The notes under the pieces are model-generated. The model searched no databases. It saw only the letters and a list, made by a program, of their open reading frames with translations, and was not told the DNA's origin. Below, one piece after another: positions 20,643-30,580 of a stretch of DNA of 64,000 bases (position 1 is its first letter; each line of letters starts with the position of its first letter). The stretch is from Candidatus Bathyarchaeota archaeon. GTDB lineage: Archaea; Thermoproteota; Bathyarchaeia; Bathyarchaeales; Bathycorpusculaceae. Made by a program: the position numbers and the translations under genes. Location: positions 160,001-224,000 of the forward strand of contig CAWDYC010000003.1 of NCBI GenBank assembly GCA_963806535.1. Reading direction: 5' to 3'.

Positions 20643-22457
20643 TTAGATGAGGTAGGCTTCTGTGATGTATCTGCGCACAACCCATTGAGTCTGGAAATAA
20701 TAGGCTATTTTTGCAATTGAGTTTTTCATGAGTGTTATCCAAGCATCTTTCTGCGTGTAGAATGTGGGGATGATCAGGTATTCGAGTTTGCTGTAGAGGT
20801 CTTGGAGTTCTAATTCTCTTCTTTCACTTTCGACCAGCAGTTCTGAGGGATGAGGACCTATCGCCCAGCCAGTTACACCTTCGATGCAGCCTTCCATCCA
20901 CCAACCGTCTAGAACACTGAAGTTTACAACGCCGTTGTGGGCTGCTTTCATGCCGCTGGTTCCAGATGCTTCAAAAGGTGGCAAAGGAGTGTTAAGCCAG
21001 ACATCAACGCCTGAGGTAAGTTTGGCTGCAATATCCATGTTGTAGTTTTCTAAGTAAACTATGCTGATTTGGTCTTTCAGTTTATTTGCATAGTCATGTA
21101 TTTGTTTTATGAGTTTTTTGCCGTCGGTGTCGTTTGGATGTGCTTTTCCAGCGAATATCATTTGGATTTTTTCTTTCCGATTAATATCGGTTAACCTGTG
21201 CAGGTCAGAGAAAATTAACGTTGCACGTTTGTAACCTGTAAATCTTCTAGCAAAACCTAATGTCAAGGCTTGTGGATCCAATTGGACCCCGTTGGCTTTT
21301 TCAACGTAAGCTAGTAGGTTTGCTTTTGCTTTAGTGTGTGCATCCCATACATCTCGGTTGGGAATTTCGCTTGCTTTTGCAAGCAGAATAGGTTCGTTGG
21401 TCCAGCCTGGAATGTATTTGTCGAAGAGCTGTCTGAAATATACGTTCGTCCATGTGAAAGAGTGAACTCCGTTAGTGACTGCTCTGATGTATCTACCTGG
21501 AAAAAGTTTTCTCGAGAAATCCACATGTGCCAAAGAAACCCCGTTAATGTATTTGCTCAAGTTTAACGCCAGAAAAGCCATGTTTAGATTTTCTGTTCCA
21601 GCATATTGCTCCATGTCAGCCCGCAAGTATTCGTTCCCTAAAACCTGTTGGACAAGATCATATGAGAATTGGTCAAATGCAGCTTCAACAGGGCTATGTG
21701 TGGTGAAAACACAGAGGTTTCGAACTTTCTCTGAATCCATGCCGTTCTCTTTCAGCAGTTCAAGCGTTAAAAGGCTGGAGTGGCCTTCGTTCATATGGTA
21801 CTTTCTGATTTTGAACGGCAGTTTTTTCAGAAGCCTTGTACCTGCAATTCCCAAAACGATCTCTTGTTTTAATCTGTAGGTTTTGTCGCCGCCATACAGT
21901 GAATCTGTGATTCTTCTGTCTTCAGGAGCATTTCCCTCCATGTCGGTATCCAAAAAGAGGATCGGAACCATACCGCCCGTGATGCTCTGGTATTCATAGA
22001 GCCAAGCTTGCACTTTAACTGGGCGCCCTTCAATATTCACTGTAACTGTGTTAGGCATTCGGCTAAGGGTTTTTGCAGGGTCCCATTCGTCTGGGAACTC
22101 AAGTTGCTCTCCTTGCTCAGTTATTTTTTGCCTAAAGTAGCCTTTTCTGCTTGCAAGCGTGATGGCAACCATCTGTAGGCGCAGGTCTGCACTGGATTTC
22201 ACTATGTCCCCTGCTAAGACGCCTAAGCCTCCGCTGTAGGTTGGCATGTTATTGGATACGCCTATTTCCATGGAGAAATAAGCAATTCGAGGGTCTTCTT
22301 GGAAGTGGCGTCGGCAGTTTTCACTGCAGAAGCAGATTTTTTTGCCGCCAAAACTATCGCATGCTGCTTGGACTCCTGCAACAGGGTTCTCCGTATCAAT
22401 CTGGATTCCACAAACGGGGCATCTTAGAGAAGCAGGATTATCCAAAGCAGGCACCAT
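20643..22457 (-). CDS. alpha-glucan phosphorylase with N-terminal YHS/TRASH domain
   Basis: AYFSMEIG..YSGGLG, HMNEGH, FARRF..YKR, FEASGTSGMKA, LDGWW; N-terminal CPVCG...FCSENC. Confidence 0.92.
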   Translation of the reverse strand: MVPALDNPASLRCPVCGIQIDTENPVAGVQAACDSFGGKKICFCSENCRRHFQEDPRIAYFSMEIGVSNNMPTYSGGLGVLAGDIVKSSADLRLQMVAITLASRKGYFRQKITEQGEQLEFPDEWDPAKTLSRMPNTVTVNIEGRPVKVQAWLYEYQSITGGMVPILFLDTDMEGNAPEDRRITDSLYGGDKTYRLKQEIVLGIAGTRLLKKLPFKIRKYHMNEGHSSLLTLELLKENGMDSEKVRNLCVFTTHSPVEAAFDQFSYDLVQQVLGNEYLRADMEQYAGTENLNMAFLALNLSKYINGVSLAHVDFSRKLFPGRYIRAVTNGVHSFTWTNVYFRQLFDKYIPGWTNEPILLAKASEIPNRDVWDAHTKAKANLLAYVEKANGVQLDPQALTLGFARRFTGYKRATLIFSDLHRLTDINRKEKIQMIFAGKAHPNDTDGKKLIKQIHDYANKLKDQISIVYLENYNMDIAAKLTSGVDVWLNTPLPPFEASGTSGMKAAHNGVVNFSVLDGWWMEGCIEGVTGWAIGPHPSELLVESERRELELQDLYSKLEYLIIPTFYTQKDAWITLMKNSIAKIAYYFQTQWVVRRYITEAYLI

Positions 22458-22573
22458 CGAAGAAAAACCATTCGTTCAACATTGATATATGTGTATTGCT
22501 AGGATGTAAGCGCTCGCAGCCTTTAGTGTATTAGATTTTCTTGTTGAAACCGCGTTGAGCGGTCAACTTTTGT

Positions 22574-23032
22574 TTATTCTATTTTGGATATTCCCGGCTG
22601 AGTGAACGGCTCAGTAAAACCGACGAGGAGTTTTCCGAAAGTGTTGATATGATTTTCTTCTTCAGCAAGAATTTCTTCAAGTAGCCGTCTTGTTGTGTAA
22701 TCGCCTTCTTGTGCTGCGACTTGAATTGCCTGTTTGTAGAGGTTTATGGCTTTTTCTTCATCTTGCTCGTCTTGTTTTAGCATTTCGATGAGGCTGCCTG
22801 TGACGAAAATCGGGTCTGGTTTGGTTGTGGGTACGCCGTCTAGGTAGTCTAGGCGTTCTGCAAGGCGTTCGGCATGTTTCATTTCGGCGATGGCGGTTTT
22901 GCGGAAAATGTCTTCTACAAGTGCGCCGTCCATGCCTGTGACTTGAACGTGCTGCCACATGTATTGTATGCTGACTTGGAGTTCACGGGCTATGCCTTTG
23001 TTTAAAAATTCTAAGAGTTTTTGAGAAACCAA
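22574..23032 (-). CDS. ferritin-like (bacterioferritin-type) protein
   Basis: E..QY, EMKHAE, E..EEENH di-iron motifs. Confidence 0.85.
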   Translation of the reverse strand: MVSQKLLEFLNKGIARELQVSIQYMWQHVQVTGMDGALVEDIFRKTAIAEMKHAERLAERLDYLDGVPTTKPDPIFVTGSLIEMLKQDEQDEEKAINLYKQAIQVAAQEGDYTTRRLLEEILAEEENHINTFGKLLVGFTEPFTQPGISKIE

Positions 23033-23410
23033 AAAATATCACCACAAAAAATTAGGTTGGTTTGATATATAAATTAAACTCAACCAATGCCGACTGACTG
23101 ATTACTACTCTTCTCACTCTCAGTTCAGAATATACCTATGCCTCTATGCAAACAAACACAATTGCACATTTGAATTTGCTTACCTCATGGACAACAAACC
23201 CCACTGAAGAATCACTTAAACCCAAGAGATTAATGGATTCAGAATTCATAAACTACATATTTCCGATTTAACAGGTAAATTCTCACATTAGGGTCATATG
23301 CAACACAAGGAGCCAAAAAATAGCAAATTCCAAAACGTAGCAATCTATACGAAGAGCTTTAACTAAGACTGAAACTGTTGCGAACTGACTCAGGATTATC
23401 AGAAAAAAAT

Positions 23411-24517
23411 ATGCTAACTCAACTGGTCGTATCTGTATCAATTGCGCTTCAATTTGCGGCGGCAATCTACGCGTTACTACTCATTAAGGTGACAGGTAAA
23501 CAATATGCTTGGATATTGATTTCAGTAGCCCTTTTCCTCATGGGAATAAGACGATTGATTCCATTATATTATTCGATTGTTACACCTGCTAGCTACCCTC
23601 TCGACCTAACCAATGAATTAATTGGACTTTCCCTATCTTTACTAATGCTGCTCGGGGTGATTGGAATTGGCCCAATATTTAACGAGCGTAAACAAATTCA
23701 GAAAAGACTCCATCAATACTCCCAAGAACTAGAAAAAACAGTTGAAGCCAGAACAATAGACTTAAAAGAAGCAAACTCCCGTTTATTAAGCGCTAAACGA
23801 CTTGCAACCATAGGTGAACTTGCTGGAATGGTTGGACATGACCTTCGCAATCCGTTAGCAGCTATAAAAAACGCTACCTATCTTTTGAAAAAGAAAAGTG
23901 CTAATATTTCTGAAACCGACGCTAAAGCGATGATTGAAATCATCGAGAAAGGAATTGACCATTCAGACAAGATTATTTGTAATCTTCAGGATTATTCTGG
24001 TGAAATTCATCTGAAACAAAAAGAAACCGGGCTTAGGAATTTGCTGATTCAGGCTTTGGCTAAGGTGAAAATCCCTGAAAAAATAACAATTATGAATAAT
24101 ATTCCAAGCGAAATCAGCATAAAAATAGATCCGGATAAGATAGAGTGCGTTTTCGTCAACATCAGCAAGAATGCGATAGACGCAATGCCCAACGGAGGAA
24201 CATTTATTGTAAAGTACAAACAGGTATTGGAAAACGTTGAAATCTCCTTTGCCGATACTGGCGTTGGCATTCCTGAAGAGATCCTGCCGAAGATTTTCAA
24301 TCCATTGTTCACTACGAAGGCACAGGGCATGGGCTTCGGATTAGCCATAAGTAAACGGATAGTTGAAGCTCACGGAGGAAAAATTATATTTGTAACCTCA
24401 AAAGGAGAAGGAACAACGTTCACGGTAACGTTGCCTTTGGAGTCTAAACTGAGAACTGAGGATGCAAAGGTCTGGGTAGACCAACCAGAACCCATGTCAG
24501 CAATTAATGACCAATGA
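23411..24517 (+). CDS. membrane sensor histidine kinase
   Basis: 3 N-terminal TM helices; GHDLRNPL H-box, NAIDAM, DTGVGI, FTTK..GMGFGL. Confidence 0.92.
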   Translation: MLTQLVVSVSIALQFAAAIYALLLIKVTGKQYAWILISVALFLMGIRRLIPLYYSIVTPASYPLDLTNELIGLSLSLLMLLGVIGIGPIFNERKQIQKRLHQYSQELEKTVEARTIDLKEANSRLLSAKRLATIGELAGMVGHDLRNPLAAIKNATYLLKKKSANISETDAKAMIEIIEKGIDHSDKIICNLQDYSGEIHLKQKETGLRNLLIQALAKVKIPEKITIMNNIPSEISIKIDPDKIECVFVNISKNAIDAMPNGGTFIVKYKQVLENVEISFADTGVGIPEEILPKIFNPLFTTKAQGMGFGLAISKRIVEAHGGKIIFVTSKGEGTTFTVTLPLESKLRTEDAKVWVDQPEPMSAINDQ

Positions 24518-24735
24518 AAAACTGACCAACCCCAACTTCTTAAAGATACTCAGCTTAATTGCATTTTCCACTTCACTCGAAATTACTCCGTCCTGTGTGC
24601 CATATCTTTCAAATTGATGTTTGGATTTTTTGAATACAAACTCTTCTAAAAGTTGAGAAACAAAATTCTAATATTAACCAATGCAATTTCTTAATCCAAA
24701 CAGCTTAAATTGGGCATAACATAAGCAAACTGTGC

Positions 24736-24810
24736 GGGCCAATCGTCTAGCCTGGTTAGGACGTTGGCTTTACACGCCAAAGGTCGCCGGTTCAACTCCG
24801 GCTCGGCCCA
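24736..24810 (+). tRNA. tRNA-Val (anticodon TAC)
   Basis: GGGCCAA..TCGGCCCA acceptor stem (one A-C mismatch), D-arm, anticodon arm TTGGC-TTTACAC-GCCAA, T-arm GCCGG-TTCAACT-CCGGC. Confidence 0.95.
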
Positions 24811-25062
24811 CTCCTGATTCCCAAAAGCAGCTTGATTTAAGGTTTTTTGATTTTGTTGACCGTTACTAAATTCCGTAACGCCGTTACAGTTTTCCGTAAC
24901 GTTTAACCCAGAGTTATCAAGCAAAGCAAGTGCATCGCGCATTTGTGCTTTTTTGGCTTTTATGCGATGACGCAATACACGACTATAATCTGCATCAAAG
25001 CTTTCAGGGGACTCTAAGAACTTGTAGTTCGTATTTTGCTTAGCATTTTTTCCATTCCTCAA
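24767..25062 (-). CDS. integrase N-terminal fragment (intN)
   Basis: Reads into the att core as WAEPELNRRPLACKA, the same peptide that starts intC. Confidence 0.8.
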
Positions 25063-25565
25063 TTAATGCAAGAAGCTAATCGTCTATTTAACACCTTGAT
25101 TGTACGCATTTTTACGCTATTAACTTTTTACGGTGTTTAATCACCGTGCGGAAGCACACCGCCTTTTAACTCAGAGGTGAAAAGGCATCAGTTGGCTTCC
25201 CTGTTTAGGGGCCCATTTTGCTTTGTTGTTTCTACGACGTTCAAAAGCCGTGTAGAAAGCAACAGTGCCACTCAGGCTTGAATAGCAAAAAGACAAAACA
25301 ACTTGCCAAAACCTTATTTGTGCTAATAATCCTCAAAACGTAATGCTTATAAAGTAAAGTGTAGTGTACATATATTAAAACAAACGCTACCTATAGAGTT
25401 AAGTGTCCGCCGCTCTAAAAGTGCGCCTTGTTAATGAAACATGGAAGGCTTAAAAAATGTGCGGACACGAGAAATATACAACAAAAAAAAGTAAAATTTT
25501 TACAACTAAGCTGGTTTTTTCATCCAGATTAAATGACACCGAACTTTCATTTGGAATGACGCCGA

Positions 25566-26375
25566 ATGCAGAGCTCACCGCTGCGAAAAAGGAGGAACAA
25601 GAGCATGCATAATATTTGGATGCGTAAAATGGAAAACTTTGACAAGGGCTTGGTTAGCTTCCAAAAATTTGATTTAGGATTTATTGGCAATCAAGTTTCC
25701 GTTGCTATTAAGACCTACGATAAGGAAGGGCTTAATCATCAGGGACCACTTGAGAATATTATGGGTCTTGTAGCAGAATTGGCTTTTGAAGAATGGCTAA
25801 AAAGTTTTGGTGGAGTTCGTGGAAAGGATTACGAATGGAACGAACGCAGAGAGGATTATTGGAACAATGACCCAAGATCTTGGGATTTCAGGTTGCTCAA
25901 GAATGGTTTAACTTTTGAAATCGGAGCGGCAAAACCTAATCATCATTTGGCCGTAATGAAAGACGCAGCGCATAAAAAAGAATCTAATTATTTTGTTCAG
26001 GTAAGGATCATTTGGTTTAACTGTAAAATCAAGGTTTTAGATAAATGGTACGTTATTAACGCCAACTCATATACTCCCTTGGAAATAAAGGGCTCAGAAG
26101 AAATAAAATCCCTTGAAGCAGCCCAAGGAATAATCCAGAATGACACAATAGGCGAGGCGCAGATCTGTGGCTTCGATAAAGTCGGCACGATTGTTAAACA
26201 AGAGAATGGTTGGGTGTTTAGCAAAGCAGGCCAAAGGGAAACACCTTTCTCAAACGGCTTCATGAAGGAATTAAGCAATTTGTGCACAAGAAGCGATTTA
26301 GCAGCCATCATAAGGCGTGCCCTCGGTCTCCGCGAAGATAACAAAGAAAGTGAAGCACGACCTTACGGCATTTAA
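25566..26375 (+). CDS. hypothetical protein, possible PD-(D/E)xK restriction-endonuclease-like nuclease
   Basis: GLVAELAF...WDFRL..GLTFEIG spacing resembles the nuclease core (canonical Lys not evident); start uncertain. Confidence 0.45.
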   Translation: MQSSPLRKRRNKSMHNIWMRKMENFDKGLVSFQKFDLGFIGNQVSVAIKTYDKEGLNHQGPLENIMGLVAELAFEEWLKSFGGVRGKDYEWNERREDYWNNDPRSWDFRLLKNGLTFEIGAAKPNHHLAVMKDAAHKKESNYFVQVRIIWFNCKIKVLDKWYVINANSYTPLEIKGSEEIKSLEAAQGIIQNDTIGEAQICGFDKVGTIVKQENGWVFSKAGQRETPFSNGFMKELSNLCTRSDLAAIIRRALGLREDNKESEARPYGI

Positions 26376-26426
26376 AAGCCGTGTAAAACTGAGCGCGCCA
26401 TTTTGAAAAAATACAATCTACTGTTG

Positions 26427-26975
26427 CTAAAGTAATGTTGACAAATATGAGAAATTAGCCACGACCAAGGATATCACAAGTAAGGAAAGGAATAAGACTA
26501 AGAACGTTAAAGGGATCCAACGCTCAACCAAAGTAAGCTGTGGATATCTCGTTTTTTGGCTTCCCTGGTTTAAGTAATCCCATTCTTTGGCAAATGCAGC
26601 CACAGGCAATCTTTTTTCCATTTCGTGAATTACTTTGAATTTTGCTTCACTCAGTACTCTATAACATTTAATACTGTTATTCCAAATCAGACAAAAAACA
26701 ATTCCAGAAATAGACACGAGGGCAACCCACCAAAAGTACATGTTGCCAATTGGTTTGCTAACCTGAGATAATACACCAATTATCGTTATCAAAGCCGAAA
26801 CAAGGGTTAAATAAAACGTATTTGATTTGGAACGACGCTCAGAATTATTATCAGCCATTTCAACATATAATTTATACTGCTCAAGCAAATGGTCGTTAAA
26901 TTTCTCGCCATAAGTCTTTTCCTCAATTGGAAAAAGCTTAGTTTCTTTGATACCCGTCATCTCGTTGTTAGTCAT
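26427..26975 (-). CDS. 3-TM membrane protein (RipA/octameric-membrane-protein-like), putative effector
   Basis: LLEQYKLYVEMAD..SERR..N.FY motif, three hydrophobic helices, KFKVIHEMEKRLP; 4 bp downstream of the TIR gene. Confidence 0.65.
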   Translation of the reverse strand: MTNNEMTGIKETKLFPIEEKTYGEKFNDHLLEQYKLYVEMADNNSERRSKSNTFYLTLVSALITIIGVLSQVSKPIGNMYFWWVALVSISGIVFCLIWNNSIKCYRVLSEAKFKVIHEMEKRLPVAAFAKEWDYLNQGSQKTRYPQLTLVERWIPLTFLVLFLSLLVISLVVANFSYLSTLL

Positions 26976-26979
26976 CTTT

Positions 26980-27462
26980 TCACGGAGAATTAATTTCTCG
27001 GTCTATATCTTTTAAATTCCAATTCAATATAGGTGCTTTGTTGTCTTTCATAGCTTCTGGAATAGCATGATTTTTATCACGATTAATTCTAACACCAATG
27101 ACCTTCTTTCCTTGTCTGTAGGCTTCATCTATTTCCCAGTTTACCGCATTCCTCTCTGCGGTCTTTTCACCTATCATAACCACAACTACGCTCGTCTGAG
27201 CAATTCTTTGTTTGCAGTTTGTCCTCCATTTTTCATCAAATGGTTCTTTAACTGAGTAGTCCCTGAACTCAAGGTCATAATTATCGTTCTTTGCCTGCGA
27301 GCGCAAAAGGTCTACTTGAGCTTCATCATCAACATGAAAACTTATGAAAACGTTACGAAGCCGAGCTCGTTCTGCCTCATCAACAGTCCTATCAAAAGCT
27401 GCCTCTGATTCTCCAACACCTTTTGATGAACCAAGGCTATACCCGAAACTACCCCCACCCAT
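26980..27462 (-). CDS. ThsB-like TIR-domain protein (MTH538/DUF1863-like) with Gly-rich N-terminal extension
   Basis: NVFISF, DYS, SVVVVMIG, VNWEI (catalytic Glu), GKKVIGV; ATG 27462 follows a GGTGG SD-like motif, giving MGGGSFGY. Confidence 0.85.
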   Translation of the reverse strand: MGGGSFGYSLGSSKGVGESEAAFDRTVDEAERARLRNVFISFHVDDEAQVDLLRSQAKNDNYDLEFRDYSVKEPFDEKWRTNCKQRIAQTSVVVVMIGEKTAERNAVNWEIDEAYRQGKKVIGVRINRDKNHAIPEAMKDNKAPILNWNLKDIDREINSP

Positions 27463-27519
27463 GATTACCACCATTTTGTTAAAGTCATGTTATCGCTTTT
27501 AAGGTTTTTAAGACTTACC

Positions 27520-28158
27520 TTAGCGGTGATTTGAAGATTTTGAAAGACCATTTTCTGCAGCTATGCGTTCTTTGCAAGAAATACATTCTCCGCACGATTT
27601 CTCGGTCCCAGCATGGCAAGAGTAGGTCAAATTAAGCGGCAATCCATGTTTCCGAGCAAGCATTAAAGAATCAATCTTATCCAAATTTATCAAAGGAGCA
27701 AGAATTGTAATGTTTATGCCTAAGGCAAGGCTCAGCGTTTTTTGTGTTTGTGCCAAGAAATCCTTTGTTTGATCGGGAAATATTGGATTTGCTAAGATAC
27801 CCGTTGCAACAACGTAAGCTCCCTTATCATATCCATAGGCTGCGCCGAAGGTTAGGAAAAGTAGATTCCGCGTAGGAGTGAAGGCTTCCTTTTCAATATC
27901 CAAATCTTTGTTTGTTAGACCGCTTGGTACAATTCTGCCAAAGTCGTGTGCGTTTATTCTTTCGGGAGTTAACTTAAGATAATTACAGATTTTCTGACAG
28001 GATGACCATTCCTCTTCACAGGCAAGTTGTCCATAATCTACAAATAATGGAAAAACTCTGTGCCCTTTCATTTGTAATTGTTGCATAATAACAGAGGAGT
28101 CAACTCCACCCGAGCAAAGAACTACGACTCTCAATTCCTCTTCCTCATATAATTCCAA
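27520..28158 (-). CDS. QueC-family (7-cyano-7-deazaguanine synthase-like; Cap9-like) ATP pyrophosphatase
   Basis: SGGVDS PP-loop, DYGQ, PTRNL, PD, SCH..CGECISC Zn motif. Confidence 0.9.
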   Translation of the reverse strand: MELYEEEELRVVVLCSGGVDSSVIMQQLQMKGHRVFPLFVDYGQLACEEEWSSCQKICNYLKLTPERINAHDFGRIVPSGLTNKDLDIEKEAFTPTRNLLFLTFGAAYGYDKGAYVVATGILANPIFPDQTKDFLAQTQKTLSLALGINITILAPLINLDKIDSLMLARKHGLPLNLTYSCHAGTEKSCGECISCKERIAAENGLSKSSNHR

Positions 28159-28832
28159 ACAGCCATGTCAAATGTTGCCATTAGTAAGCCTCTCTCCTCG
28201 CACAGTTCTTTGAGAATATCCTCAAGCTCAAGGTATATTCTGGGAGTAACAGATTTTATCTGCAGTCCATTAAGCGCGTTAATCTTTGTCAGAAATGAAA
28301 TAATGTGTGTGTCAATTATTGCGAGTTTTTTAGAATAACCTATATTTCTCAAAAAATGAGATGCTTCCTTAAGACCAATTCCAGAAATATTCTTAATTAG
28401 TGATGATCTTGCATCTTCCTCTGAACTAGAATGAGCCAAAACGCAATGCAACCATGTTTCCTCAGAAGATATGATTGTTGCTGACTTTGTAATATTTTTG
28501 GAGCGAACATTAGGGAAACGATATTTTCTTAGTTCACCATCGGTTTTCTTGGGAAAATAAATTGGCTTTGAAAGCTCTTTAGCAATTATCTTGTCGGCTA
28601 AAGGATTATCAGCTATCCATTCAACGGACAGATAGCCTCGTCTTATCAAATGCCTTACTGCTGAAAAAGCAAGCTCATATGGAACATTACTTGACAAGAT
28701 ACAAAGACATAGTTCATGCCACAAATCAGTTTCTGTCATAAGGTCCCATTTTCGATTTTCAAAGTGGAGAGCTGGTATTGTTGAGTATTCTAACAAAACG
28801 CCGTTAAATGTTTCATTATCTGCAATGAGCAT
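28131..28832 (-). CDS. N-glycosylase/DNA lyase (8-oxoG glycosylase OGG-like; Cap11-like)
   Basis: ELCLCILS, YRFPN.R, HhH motif GIGLKEASHFLRNIG, AIIDTHI. Confidence 0.85.
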   Translation of the reverse strand: MLIADNETFNGVLLEYSTIPALHFENRKWDLMTETDLWHELCLCILSSNVPYELAFSAVRHLIRRGYLSVEWIADNPLADKIIAKELSKPIYFPKKTDGELRKYRFPNVRSKNITKSATIISSEETWLHCVLAHSSSEEDARSSLIKNISGIGLKEASHFLRNIGYSKKLAIIDTHIISFLTKINALNGLQIKSVTPRIYLELEDILKELCEERGLLMATFDMAVWNYMRKRN

Positions 28833-28946
28833 TGGTTGAATCTCGGTTTTTATCTTTACATTTAGAATGCGCTAAAAATATATATCCTTAACTATTTTTC
28901 ATTTAATTAATTTTGATCACTTTTTATTGCATTATAGATAAATATT

Positions 28947-29957
28947 CTAAAATTTATCTATTCTATTAAGAATATCGTCACCAATTTGAACCTTCAGAGA
29001 AGCACGTAAATTGTCATAACGTATCATATTCTGCATTTTGACAACAAAGTCTTGATAATATAGCAGATTATGCAATAAAGCCCTGTCTAAATAGGCTGAT
29101 GATGCCAATTTAGGATTGCTGCAGATTCTACATTTGCAATTAATCAAATCAAGATGTGAAAAATCTTTTATTGTGTCGTCTCCGGGGTCCAAAATATGTT
29201 CGATCCAATCTAAGCTGTCGAAACTGTCAGAACCGCAATACGCATAAATTAACATTGAAATAGGGTTTCCACAACCTAAGACATGTAAAAGAAACCTTTC
29301 ATCACTTTTGTCAAGAATGTGTCTGATTTCAGTAAGAGTTTCCGCTCTTTCCAAAATGCCTTTACCGCAATCCCTTTCAGAAACAGCAATACCACAACAC
29401 AAACTGGAATACTCATCAATAAAATCACTAACTAATGCCAATTGATGGTCAACTGATTTTCCATGAAGGATCGGCAGAAAAATATTTCCACCACAGAAGG
29501 CTGATGATTCAACCGCTGCTTGCACTACATTTTCTTGGTATTGTTTAACGTTCTTGGTATTTTCCGCGGTTGGAAGAATATCGAAGCCGGTAAAGATATC
29601 CATCGTGACCTGAGAAATAACGCTTTTGTATGCTTTCATATCCCAAGTTGGATCATTCTTATTATCGCTCTCAAATACGCCGCTATCCAAAAGTAAAAAG
29701 CCTTGTTTTCTAAATTCAGCGATGCTTTGCTTAAGTTTTTCTTTTTCTTCGAGTTTGTTAATATCATAAGCTGAAAGCAATAATCGCGGATACTTATTAT
29801 GTTTTAGCATGTAAAAAAGTTCAGTCAAAGAAAATCGGTTTTTAGTACTGGACAACGATGGAAAATAGGTTGGAGTATTGAAGACCTTATTTTCAAATTT
29901 TATCTCACAAATCCTTGCAAGTTTCCCATTTTTATGTTGTATTGTTGCTTTATTCAA
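28947..29957 (-). CDS. tRNA-guanine transglycosylase (TGT)-fold protein (Cap10/DpdA-like)
   Basis: TPTYFP, LLDSGVFE, PILHG, HVLGCG, FDS, CKCRIC...HN Zn site; no C-terminal PUA domains. Confidence 0.85.
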   Translation of the reverse strand: MNKATIQHKNGKLARICEIKFENKVFNTPTYFPSLSSTKNRFSLTELFYMLKHNKYPRLLLSAYDINKLEEKEKLKQSIAEFRKQGFLLLDSGVFESDNKNDPTWDMKAYKSVISQVTMDIFTGFDILPTAENTKNVKQYQENVVQAAVESSAFCGGNIFLPILHGKSVDHQLALVSDFIDEYSSLCCGIAVSERDCGKGILERAETLTEIRHILDKSDERFLLHVLGCGNPISMLIYAYCGSDSFDSLDWIEHILDPGDDTIKDFSHLDLINCKCRICSNPKLASSAYLDRALLHNLLYYQDFVVKMQNMIRYDNLRASLKVQIGDDILNRIDKF

Positions 29958-30106
29958 CTAAGGCACTCCAGATCCTTATTTCAATAGTTCCTATTTGTAG
30001 GGTTATATTATAAAGAATTAACTACTAAATAGAATTATACAAAGAAACTTACCTTGAAAAGTTAGAAATAAATGATTTACTAAAGGATAGTCTGTGTGGA
30101 AGACAT

Positions 30107-30580
30107 TTGAAGAGGCTAACTTTAAGCGTAGCTCAAACAGCAATTTTCGCTTCTATTTATGCTGTTTCATCGATTTTGCTTGGGCCACTGGGATATTCAT
30201 GGATTCAGTTACGGATTGGAGAAGCCTTGACTCCCCTGCCGCTACTTTTTGGAATTCCTGCAATGGCTGGATTAACCATCGGGTGTTTTGTTACCAATTT
30301 AACGAGCCCAGTGGGTTTGCCTGACATGGTTTTCGGGCCCTTACTGACTCTAATTGCCGCATTTCTTTCTTGGAAATTAACATTTGGCAAACGCATTTTA
30401 GCTTGTTTATATCCGGTTATCATAAATGCAATAGGCGTAAGTGCCTATCTTTCATCTTTCTATGGCGTCCCATACTTGGTCACCGTTTTGACCGTTGGCG
30501 CTGGAGAGTTTGTTGCTGCAGTTATTATTGGATATCCAACATTATTGGCGTTAAGAAAATTTATGGGTAATAAAAAGTAG
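30107..30580 (+). CDS. QueT-family queuosine-precursor transporter
   Basis: IQLRIGEAL..LP, GLTIGCFV.N..SP.G..D..FG signature; ~5 TM helices. Confidence 0.85.
   Translation: MKRLTLSVAQTAIFASIYAVSSILLGPLGYSWIQLRIGEALTPLPLLFGIPAMAGLTIGCFVTNLTSPVGLPDMVFGPLLTLIAAFLSWKLTFGKRILACLYPVIINAIGVSAYLSSFYGVPYLVTVLTVGAGEFVAAVIIGYPTLLALRKFMGNKK

Noticed and set aside
24691-24766. ORF extension antisense through tRNA-Val
   Set aside because: This is read-through of intN beyond the att core created by integration, not a separate gene.
27520-29957. Housekeeping archaeosine/queuosine tRNA-modification operon or a canonical Dpd island
   Set aside because: It is on a mobile element, the TGT lacks PUA domains, no dpdB/C or queD/E is present, and it is coupled to OGG, TIR and TM genes. 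DNA modification remains a lower-ranked alternative.
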